Shown here in pieces: positions 45,455 through 52,442 of a stretch of DNA of 64,000 bases. The position numbers were made by a program, and so were the translations under genes. The notes under the pieces were generated by a model. That model was not told the origin of the DNA. It was given only the letters and a program-made list of their open reading frames with translations, and ran no database searches. The stretch is from a virus (Duplodnaviria; Caudoviricetes). Each line of letters opens with the position of its first letter. Position 1 is the first letter of the stretch. The DNA lies in the IMG/VR virus record IMGVR_UViG_3300012974_000540, positions 1-64,000 of that record; one strand, 5' to 3'.

Positions 45455-45736
45455 TCACGCCCGCCGGCGAAAGCCGACGAGATGCTGCAAGCAGTCGTCC
45501 AGGCTTCCATGCGCGATCCAGATCTTCGTCTGGGCCGGCTTGTGCGCCACGCCCTCGGCCGTCGCCAGGAAGTCCGTGTCCCAGAGGGAGAGGAACTCCA
45601 GGCCGTAGCCGAGGGTGCCGTGGCGGTCGGCCTCGATGTCGTGGGTGGCGAGCATGCCGCACAGGTGGCGGCCGCCGTACACGGTTCCGGGCTTCATCGC
45701 GTTTTGGACGTTCTGCAAGGTTTGCGGTGAGAGCAA
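45455..45736 (-). CDS. hypothetical protein
   Basis: TTG start after the SD of ribozyme 28. Confidence 0.55.
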   Translation of the reverse strand: MLSPQTLQNVQNAMKPGTVYGGRHLCGMLATHDIEADRHGTLGYGLEFLSLWDTDFLATAEGVAHKPAQTKIWIAHGSLDDCLQHLVGFRRRA

Positions 45737-45741
45737 GGGGT

Positions 45742-45795
45742 TTCTCCTCATCGGCGGCGCGGATTGCGCCGTAGCCCCGAGGGGCTTTCGGAGAA
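45742..45795 (-). ncRNA. type II hammerhead 28 (CCGAUGA core, CUA site, 6-bp stem II holding the SD)
   Basis: UUCUCC GAAA GCCCC..GGGGC UA CGGCGC AAUCC GCGCCG CCGAUGA GGAGAA; all stems differ in sequence from the other copies. Confidence 0.8.
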
Positions 45796-45833
45796 GCGAG
45801 CGGCCCACCGGGGCGGGCCGCTCGACACGTTTG

Positions 45834-46097
45834 TCAGGCCAGCAGCAGGTATTGCCGCAGGTGCCGGCTGGCGGCCTCTGCGCGCTTGTGCAGGACGGCC
45901 TGACGGGCCTGGCCGAGCACCTCGGTGCTCCGGTCCATCTTCTGGCTGACATCCTCGGGGATCGCATCGCCGTAGAGGGCGGTGAGCTGGGCCGAGCGTG
46001 CCAGCAGGATCGCCACCTCGGTCTCCACGGCGGCGCGCAGGCGCTCCAGGGGGAGCGTGGCGACGGTGGCGAGGAGGTGGGCTTCGATGTGGCTCAT
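45834..46097 (-). CDS. hypothetical protein
   Basis: Start after the type III hammerhead. Confidence 0.6.
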   Translation of the reverse strand: MSHIEAHLLATVATLPLERLRAAVETEVAILLARSAQLTALYGDAIPEDVSQKMDRSTEVLGQARQAVLHKRAEAASRHLRQYLLLA

Positions 46098-46104
46098 GGG
46101 TGGT

Positions 46105-46159
46105 CTCTCTTTCGCCGGATCTGCGGCTTGTCAGCCCGGCCGCCTGGCCGGGAAGAGAG
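46105..46159 (-). ncRNA. type III hammerhead-like 29
   Basis: CUCUC UU CCCGGCC-AGGC-GGCCGGG CUGACAA GCCG-CAGAUC-CGGC GAAA GAGAG. Confidence 0.75.
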
Positions 46160-46189
46160 TCCCCCTCCCCGTAGGGGAGGGGGGAGAGA

Positions 46190-46564
46190 TCAGTCGTCCA
46201 GTTCCGCCAGCCGCGTCAGCCGGTGGAGAGGGTGCGACGCCCGGTAGAGGACGATCTCCCGCTTGGTGACCTCGGCGACGATGTCCGTCACCGCCCGGAA
46301 GGCGGAGAGGACCAGCTCCGAGGTCATGTCGAGGTTGCCGGCGGTGCCATCCACCAGGTGGCGGAAGCGCATCCCGGCCTCCTCGGCCTGGTCCCGCTCC
46401 GGGAACTGGGCGGGCAGGTAGCAGAGCCGGCTGCGGCCGTTCCCCTGGTTCGTCAGGGTGACGGCGACGGCGTGGCGGGTGTTCGACGTTTGGATCACGG
46501 CATAGCCGGCGGCGAGGCCCGGAAGGCCCGGCTCGCCGATCGGCAAGCTGATCGGGTGGTCCAT
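46190..46564 (-). CDS. hypothetical protein
   Basis: Start after AAAGGA of type III hammerhead 30. Confidence 0.6.
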   Translation of the reverse strand: MDHPISLPIGEPGLPGLAAGYAVIQTSNTRHAVAVTLTNQGNGRSRLCYLPAQFPERDQAEEAGMRFRHLVDGTAGNLDMTSELVLSAFRAVTDIVAEVTKREIVLYRASHPLHRLTRLAELDD

Positions 46565-46571
46565 GGGGGTT

Positions 46572-46621
46572 CCTTTCGCCCGAGTTGGGCTCAACAGCCC
46601 GGCGGGGGGGTGCCGGGTAGG
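46572..46621 (-). ncRNA. type III hammerhead-like 30 (A6U variant)
   Basis: CC UA CCCGGC-ACCCCCCC-GCCGGG CUGUUGA GCCC-AACUC-GGGC GAAA GG. Confidence 0.6.
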
Positions 46622-46724
46622 GTTGGACGCGCCAGATTGGTTTGTGTAATGTTGCCTTTGGCCCGCATCTCCCATGCGGAGATGCAGAAACCCCCGCCCC
46701 ATCTCTGGAGCGGGGGTTCGCGTT

Positions 46725-47147
46725 TCAGGCCTTCGCGGACTTGGTCCTGATGACCACCTCTTCCGCCTCGCCATCAATGACGGGCTTGTTTTCGGCGGTC
46801 TTGGTCATGACCTCGGCCGCATCGGCCACGGCATCACCGATGGTGTTGCCGACGGCCTCGCGGGCGCTGTCGATGGCGTCGCCAACGGCTTCGCTGACAG
46901 CAGACCCGGCTTTGGCGGTGGCGTCGTAGGCCGTGGTGGCGGCGTAGGCGACGCCATCATAGGCCGCGCCGGCCGCCATGGCGCCGAGCCGGAAGGCGCC
47001 CGCCACGAGGGCGATGCCGCCGATGGCGACCACGGCGGTCGCCAGGAACTTCACGCCTTCCTTCGCTCCTTCCTCGACCGCCTTCCCGATGACCGGGGTG
47101 GCGGCGGAGGCAGCGGACTGAAGCATCGGCGCAATAGCGTTGAACAT
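46725..47147 (-). CDS. Ala-rich membrane protein
   Basis: GGAG RBS; one TM segment; followed by a hairpin at about 46688-46719. Confidence 0.6.
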   Translation of the reverse strand: MFNAIAPMLQSAASAATPVIGKAVEEGAKEGVKFLATAVVAIGGIALVAGAFRLGAMAAGAAYDGVAYAATTAYDATAKAGSAVSEAVGDAIDSAREAVGNTIGDAVADAAEVMTKTAENKPVIDGEAEEVVIRTKSAKA

Positions 47148-47275
47148 GGATAGTCTCCGTTTTTGGTATCAGCATCCTTGCTGATGTCTATTATTTGGGA
47201 CTTATTCTAATCATTTCAATAGATAAGCGTCTGAATTTGCTCATTAGTTGAGCAATACTTGGAGTATATTGTCCA

Positions 47276-48163
47276 ATGCCCAGCCTGACCGAGGAGCAAT
47301 GGATCGCGGTCCGGGCGGAGTGGGAAACCGGTGTCGGTTCCGAGCGCGCTCTGGCCCAAAAGTGGGGCATTGACCGCAAGCAGGTCATCCGGCGCCGCTC
47401 GCGCGAGGAATGGGTCCGCCTGGATAGCCAGCGGGACGCCATCGTGTCCGAGGCGAACCTCCGCACCGCCACGCGCGCCATCGAGATCCAGGGCGTCGCC
47501 GAGGAGGTCTTCGACGATGCCGACCCGGTGGTGCGCGAAGCGCGTGTCGCCGCCCGCATCGCCGAGCTGCTGGCCGCCCGCCCGCCGCAGCGGCCCGGCA
47601 CCTCCCCGCCAGGCGCCAATGGCCGCCCCACCCTGCCCCGCCCCGTGCTCTCGGCCGAGCTGCGCGAGTTGGCCCAGCGCGAAAGCCGCGAGGTCGCCAT
47701 CGAGACGGCGGTGCGGACCATCAGCGATGTCTCCCTGGTCCAGATGCAGGAGGCGCAGGAGCAGCGCGCGATGCTCGACGCCTACCGCCGGCTGGTGATG
47801 GAGGTGTTGACCGGCGACGAGGCGACCGCGCGCGCCGCGGCGGGCCGCATCCTGGTGACGCGCGGCGACAGTCTGGCCGCCGCCGTCGCCACCTGCACCC
47901 GCTCCGCTGAGGGAATTCAGAAAATGGAGCGCCTGGCTCTGGGACTCGACAAAGCCCCCGCGAAGGGCGGCCAGTCGGAGGAGGGCGGCACCTCGCTGCT
48001 CAGCAACGAGAACGGGGCGCCGGTGATCGACACCACGCAGCTCTCCACCGAGGACCTCGCGGCCCTGAGCCGCGTCGCCGCGATGCTGGACGGCAGCGAC
48101 GTGGACGACCTGCCGCTGCCGCCCTCGGGGCCCATCATGATCTCGTCGGAGATCTCCGCGTGA
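47276..48163 (+). CDS. putative terminase small subunit
   Basis: N-terminal HTH (W...RAEWE.G..S.R.LA.KWGI...I.RR..E.W.R); immediately upstream of terL. Confidence 0.7.
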   Translation: MPSLTEEQWIAVRAEWETGVGSERALAQKWGIDRKQVIRRRSREEWVRLDSQRDAIVSEANLRTATRAIEIQGVAEEVFDDADPVVREARVAARIAELLAARPPQRPGTSPPGANGRPTLPRPVLSAELRELAQRESREVAIETAVRTISDVSLVQMQEAQEQRAMLDAYRRLVMEVLTGDEATARAAAGRILVTRGDSLAAAVATCTRSAEGIQKMERLALGLDKAPAKGGQSEEGGTSLLSNENGAPVIDTTQLSTEDLAALSRVAAMLDGSDVDDLPLPPSGPIMISSEISA

Positions 48164-49011
48164 CCATCGACACTTCCCGTGCCCTGCAGCTCGCGCGTGC
48201 GCAGCGCGTGGAGATCGAGCGCGAGCTGGGGAAGCGGTCCTTCTACGAGTTCTTCAAGCTGGCCTGGCACCAGCTCGACCCGGTGAAGTTCCTCGACAAC
48301 TGGCACATCAAGCTGGTCTGCGACGAATTGCAGGCCGCCGCCTGCCGGGAGCACCGCAACCTCGTGGTCTGCATCCCGCCGCGCCACGGCAAGAGCCTCA
48401 TCGTGTCGCAGGCCTTCCCGGCCTGGGTCTGGACCTGGTGGCCGGCGGCGAAGTTCATCACCGCCTCCTATGCCATGGACCTCGCCACGCGCGACGCGGT
48501 GGCGACGCGCCGCCTGGTGCAGAGCGAGTGGTACCAGGCGCGCTGGGGCGGCCCGACCGCCATCAAGGCCGACCGCGACCGCATCACCTTCTACGAGACC
48601 GAGGCCGGCGGCTACCGGATGGCGACCTCGACCAATGCCCGCGTGACTGGATTTGGTGCGGACATCATCCTATGCCTGCCTCCAGACGCCGTGGTTCGCA
48701 CGGAGCTTGGTCTGCGCCCCATCGATGCTGTGGTGCAGGGACCGGACCAGATGGTGCTGGCCTTCGACCACGCGCAGGGCGCCGAGGTCTTCCGCCCCAT
48801 CGCCCGCCGGCAGCGGCTTCCTGCCCGCGAGCTGGTGGAGATCGAGACGGCGGATGGGCAGACGCTGCGCTGCACGCTCGATCACCCGGTCTGGGTGGAG
48901 GGCCGTGGTTACGTGCCGGCGGCCGAGGTTCGGGAAGGGGATGAGGTGCTGACGTGCCCGGATGCCTTTACCGGCTGCGCTTCCCGAATGGAAAAACCTA
49001 CATCGGACTGA
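48160..49011 (+). CDS. terL: terminase large subunit N-fragment fused to a split N-intein
   Basis: Walker A PPRHGKS; ...TGFGADIIL then CLPPDAVV...TLDHPVWV..RGYV.A.EV..GDEVL. Confidence 0.9.
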   Translation: MTIDTSRALQLARAQRVEIERELGKRSFYEFFKLAWHQLDPVKFLDNWHIKLVCDELQAAACREHRNLVVCIPPRHGKSLIVSQAFPAWVWTWWPAAKFITASYAMDLATRDAVATRRLVQSEWYQARWGGPTAIKADRDRITFYETEAGGYRMATSTNARVTGFGADIILCLPPDAVVRTELGLRPIDAVVQGPDQMVLAFDHAQGAEVFRPIARRQRLPARELVEIETADGQTLRCTLDHPVWVEGRGYVPAAEVREGDEVLTCPDAFTGCASRMEKPTSD

Positions 49012-49926
49012 GCCGGCATGGCTTGGACTGGCGCTGGCGGCGCCATCTGCGCCAAGCCCTGGATGAGGGTTCCCAGGCGTTGGTTCACCGCGCCATCCGC
49101 CAGCATGGCGCGGCCTCGATCCGGCGTGAGGTGCTGCTGGTCGCGGACGACCTGACCTACCTCGGCATGATGGAGGTCGCCGCCATCCTGCGCTTCGGCA
49201 CCCTCTCCCCGCGAGGCTACAACCTGGTCGGTGGGGGCGAGGGGACGGCGCAGGATCTGCGAGCGGCGCGTCGCGCCACCTGGGAGGCGGCTGGATACCG
49301 CGAGAATCAGAGCGCGAAGCAGAGGCAGGCATGGGCTGGCGGGGAGCGTCGCATAGCCCAGGCCGAGCGGACACGGGCGCTCTGGGCGGGCGAATATGGC
49401 GAGCGGATGCGGACCCGGCATGCGGCGCGCCCCAAAGCTCCCCCGAAAGCCCTTCTCACGCCCGATGAGCGGGCGGCGGCGCTGCGCCAGGCTTGGACGC
49501 CAGAGCGTCGGCTTCGGCAGTCCGCCATCATCAAGGCGGTGGCGGCAACGCGGCGGGATGCGCTCTCCGCACAGGCCCAGGCGCAGATGGCCGATCCCGC
49601 CGCCCGCATGAAGATCGCGAAGTCTGTCTCGCTGCTGGGCGACAAGCGGTTCCGCAAGGCGCGGAAGCCGGTGCGCGGGCACATCCTGCGCGCGCTCTGG
49701 GATCGGATTCCCGAGGTCGCGACCTGGGAGCAGCTCTATCAACTCGGGTTGCGCAAGCAGCTCATCCCGAAAGCCGTGGCGAACGGCAATTTACAGGTGA
49801 TCGATGACGACGAAGCTGGCGCGGGTGAGCGCGGTAAGGCGGGTGGCTGACCTGCCGAGCCACGTCTGCAATCTGGAGGTCGAGGGCACCCACAACTTCT
49901 TCGTGGACGGCGTATTGACCCATAAC
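48673..49926 (+). mobile_element. split intein (IntN 48673-49011, IntC 49804-49926) enclosing a free-standing homing endonuclease gene
   Basis: Block A Cys1; block B TxxH; blocks F/G VCNLEVEGTHNFFVDGVLTHN followed by +1 Cys; two separate ORFs. Confidence 0.88.
48954..49850 (+). CDS. GIY-YIG homing endonuclease with helical DNA-binding repeats
   Basis: GCLY...NGKTYIGLS.....RW..H; E..AI..F.T..P.GYNL..GG. Confidence 0.85.
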   Translation: MPGCLYRLRFPNGKTYIGLSRHGLDWRWRRHLRQALDEGSQALVHRAIRQHGAASIRREVLLVADDLTYLGMMEVAAILRFGTLSPRGYNLVGGGEGTAQDLRAARRATWEAAGYRENQSAKQRQAWAGGERRIAQAERTRALWAGEYGERMRTRHAARPKAPPKALLTPDERAAALRQAWTPERRLRQSAIIKAVAATRRDALSAQAQAQMADPAARMKIAKSVSLLGDKRFRKARKPVRGHILRALWDRIPEVATWEQLYQLGLRKQLIPKAVANGNLQVIDDDEAGAGERGKAGG

Positions 49927-50937
49927 TGCGACGATCCGCACAATGTTCGCCAGTCCGAGAGCCCGGCCGAGCGCGCCCAGGTGCATAGCTTCTGGTTCGA
50001 GGCCATCCCGTCGCGGTTGGACAAGCCAGATCATGGCGTCAAGGTCATTGTTCAGCAGCGCGTCCACGAGAAGGATCTCGCGGGCGAGTGCCTGAAGCGC
50101 GGCTATTACCCGGTGGTCGTGCCGGCGCGCAGCGAGCTGAATCACCCGCAGCGCCATCCGAAAGACCCGCGCCCCGAAGGCGAGCCCCTGTGGCCCACGC
50201 GCATGAGCGACAAGACGCTCAATGCCCTGGCGACGGAGATGGGGTCATACGCCGCGGCGGGGCAGCTCCAGCAGCGCCCGGCCCCGCGCGAGGGCGGCAT
50301 GTTCAAGAAGACCTGGTTCCAGGTCGAGGCGGCGGCGCCGGCGCGCGCCATCATGACGGCCGTGCGGCGGTGGGATCTTGCAGGCACCGAGGCCAGCGGC
50401 GTCGGCAGCGACCCGGACTGGACGGCCGGCGTGAAGATGGGGAAGGACGAGCTGGGCCGCTACTGGGTGCTCGACGTGGTGCGCTTCCGCGACAGCGCCA
50501 GCAAGGTCGAGCAGGCGATCAAGGCCATCGCCCAGCAGGACGGCACCGGCTGCACCATCGGCCTGCCGCAGGACCCCGGCCAGGCCGGCAAGCACCAGGC
50601 CGGATACCTCATCCGCCAGCTCGCCCCCTTCACGGCGCGGGCCACCACCGAGACCGGCGACAAGGCCACCCGCGCCACCCCGTTCTCGGCCCAGGCCGAG
50701 GCGGGCAACGTGTTCATGGTGAAGGGGGACTGGAACGAGGACTTCCTCGACGAGCTGGCCTCCTTCCCGAACGCCTCGCACGACGACCAGGTGGACGCGG
50801 CGGCGGGCGCCTTCGGGATGCTGCACGACAGCGGTGGCGGGATGCTGGAATGGATGCGCCAGCAGGCGTCCGGCATGGAGGCCCAGGCGCCGTCTTCGCA
50901 CTGGACGGTGGAGCGCATGCGCCTCGCGGGCCGCTGA
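49804..50937 (+). CDS. terL: split C-intein fused to the terminase large subunit C-fragment
   Basis: THN/CDDPH; VQQRVHEKDLAG, QLQQRP, WDLA, DWTAG and FPN..HDDQVDA motifs. Confidence 0.9.
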   Translation: MTTKLARVSAVRRVADLPSHVCNLEVEGTHNFFVDGVLTHNCDDPHNVRQSESPAERAQVHSFWFEAIPSRLDKPDHGVKVIVQQRVHEKDLAGECLKRGYYPVVVPARSELNHPQRHPKDPRPEGEPLWPTRMSDKTLNALATEMGSYAAAGQLQQRPAPREGGMFKKTWFQVEAAAPARAIMTAVRRWDLAGTEASGVGSDPDWTAGVKMGKDELGRYWVLDVVRFRDSASKVEQAIKAIAQQDGTGCTIGLPQDPGQAGKHQAGYLIRQLAPFTARATTETGDKATRATPFSAQAEAGNVFMVKGDWNEDFLDELASFPNASHDDQVDAAAGAFGMLHDSGGGMLEWMRQQASGMEAQAPSSHWTVERMRLAGR

Positions 50938-51033
50938 CGACATCGGCGGTCTAACGCAATGATAGAAAAGGATGCCACCTTCACATTGTCGTGTGGTAGG
51001 GATGGGCCTCCATGTGAAGCGCGAAGGCCATCG

Positions 51034-51231
51034 ATGAAGCAGCAGCTGGCGATCTGGTGGCCCGATGCGGGTGATCCGCTCGTCGTCTTCTTCGTCGCCG
51101 AGGCCAGGGGGATCGCGACCATCAGCATGGACGGCGCCCACGCCCTGGTCCCGGCCGATGCGGTCTTCCGCCTCGACCAGATTCCTGACTTCCAGCCCTG
51201 CCGGCTGATGGACGATTGGGGGACCGCCTGA
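51034..51231 (+). CDS. hypothetical protein
   Basis: GAAGG RBS; degenerate operator upstream at 50981. Confidence 0.5.
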   Translation: MKQQLAIWWPDAGDPLVVFFVAEARGIATISMDGAHALVPADAVFRLDQIPDFQPCRLMDDWGTA

Positions 51232-51315
51232 TGGAACCGGCCGACATCCTCGCCACCCTCGCCTTCACGGTCGGCACCGGCATGCCGCAGCTCGTCCTCT
51301 GGTGGCTGCAAGCGC

Positions 51316-51708
51316 GTGCTTGAAAAGCCGGTCCGGCACCGCTCGCCGGGCCACCTGAACTTCATTCGCGGACTGCGCTGCGCCACCTGCCAGCTCGGCC
51401 CGCGATCCACGGCGCACCACCTCACCATCGCGCAGCCGAAAGCGCGGGGCCTGAAGGCCGGAGACCAGTGGTGCGTGCCGCTCTGCGCGCCCTGCCATCA
51501 CCAGCTCCACGCCCATGGCGATGAGCGCGGCTGGTGGAGCAACCAGGGCATCGAACCCCTCCAGCTGGCGGCCCGTCTCTGGGCGACCAGCCCGCATCAC
51601 ACGGACGATCCGGCGGCGCGGCACCCGTCCAAGAAACCCCGTTCCCGGCCTATTCCGAGCCGGCCGCTCAGATGGACACCAGCATGTACCTCGGGTTTGC
51701 GAAGGTAG
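51316..51708 (+). CDS. DUF968/HNH-like zinc-finger protein
   Basis: RS..HL.FIR.L.C..C, AHH and G.K..D...VPLC..CH..LH motifs. Confidence 0.75.
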   Translation: MLEKPVRHRSPGHLNFIRGLRCATCQLGPRSTAHHLTIAQPKARGLKAGDQWCVPLCAPCHHQLHAHGDERGWWSNQGIEPLQLAARLWATSPHHTDDPAARHPSKKPRSRPIPSRPLRWTPACTSGLRR

Positions 51709-51959
51709 AGACGAAGCTCATCCAGGAAGGCATCCTGGAACTGACGATCCGCAGCCGCACCGGCAAAGGGCGGCCCACCGTGATCTCGGTCGATGCCGGG
51801 GGCCTGCGTCGCCTGATCGCCGACTTGCAGGCGGTGCAGCCGCAGGTGGGCGACCGCCAGCAGGGCGAGCGTCGCCTCCGCAGCGAGGTGGAGCAGGTCT
51901 TCCGCGACATGGGCAAGCTGGCGCGGGGCGGAAAACGCCGCGGCGGGGCGCCGGCCTGA
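51684..51959 (+). CDS. hypothetical protein
   Basis: Co-oriented, overlapping. Confidence 0.5.
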   Translation: MYLGFAKVETKLIQEGILELTIRSRTGKGRPTVISVDAGGLRRLIADLQAVQPQVGDRQQGERRLRSEVEQVFRDMGKLARGGKRRGGAPA

Positions 51960-52024
51960 TTGAGCCGCGCGATCCGCTCTGGTATTGCTTTTCCCTCGGA
52001 AGGCGCCCCGCGCCTTTTCGGAAA

Positions 52025-52053
52025 TTGCCTCCCCCTCCCCGATCCTCTAGAAT
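52025..52053 (+). promoter_or_regulatory. sigma70-type promoter of the Y RNA locus
   Basis: TTGCCT-N17-TAGAAT; predicted +1 at about 52060-52061. Confidence 0.7.
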
Positions 52054-52060
52054 CGCAAGC

Positions 52061-52175
52061 GGCGGGTCGCCGTGGAACTGTTCTCATGTCGCCGGTTCGA
52101 GTCCGGTCCGGTGCCCGTCGCATCGGTAGCTCAGTTGGTAGAGCAGATAACCGGTTCCACATTCCCTTATCCGCC
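52061..52175 (+). ncRNA. yrlA: YrlA-type Y RNA (tRNA mimic)
   Basis: Terminal stem GGCGGGUCG/UUAUCCGCC; GUGGAAC/GUUCCAC; T-arm GCCGG-UUCGAGU-CCGGU precedes a loop-closed acceptor-like stem CCGGUGC/GCAUCGG and then the D-arm UAGCUCAGUUGGUAGAGC; upstream of Ro60. Confidence 0.88.
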
Positions 52176-52204
52176 TTGCTGAGTGTGTGAGCGCACACTC
52201 ACAT

Positions 52205-52286
52205 CGACAGGGGAGCCACGGGTCGCCGGCTGGGCGTTATCAGGCATGAGTCGCCCCGCCATCATCTCATCCGTGGCTCCTTGTCG
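52205..52286 (+). ncRNA. second, minimal Y RNA candidate
   Basis: Long terminal stem GGAGCCACGG/CCGUGGCUCC with the same CGGGUCGCCG ... UYAUCCG motif as YrlA; no tRNA domain. Confidence 0.65.
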
Positions 52287-52297
52287 CTCCTTGCCAT

Positions 52298-52315
52298 TTC
52301 ACATCGCGATGTGAA
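52298..52315. promoter_or_regulatory. perfect 18-bp operator TTCACATCGCGATGTGAA upstream of the Ro60 gene
   Basis: Same palindrome as at 19635, 22214 and 41430. Confidence 0.8.
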
Positions 52316-52442
52316 GAATGCGGCAGGCGCCGCAGATCGCCCTCTGGAACAGCGCCTTCCCTCCCCAAGCGGTCGGGCCATCTCCGTTCCTGGCGTCCCC
52401 TCCCCCGGGGTCTGCGGCGCCCTCCATCGCGAGGTGTCGATC

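Noticed and set aside
22431-45795. CRISPR array or integron attC interpretation of the intergenic repeats
   Set aside because: The spacers are whole genes of variable length, and no cas or integrase gene is visible. There are no RYYYAAC/GTTRRRY boxes. The conserved bases are unpaired hammerhead core positions, while the stems covary.
22431-45795. Repeats as simple intrinsic terminators
   Set aside because: There is no U-tract on the sense strand; gtttcg lies on the antisense strand and is the complement of the CGAAAC core.
48954-49850. Group I/II intron or sequencing frameshift in terL
   Set aside because: The flanks are intein N and C blocks in separate ORFs with their own stop and start, and the insert is almost fully coding. 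Frameshift errors cannot be formally excluded without reads.
52091-52147. tRNA gene
   Set aside because: The T-arm precedes the D-arm and there is no anticodon arm or CCA end; this is the YrlA arrangement.
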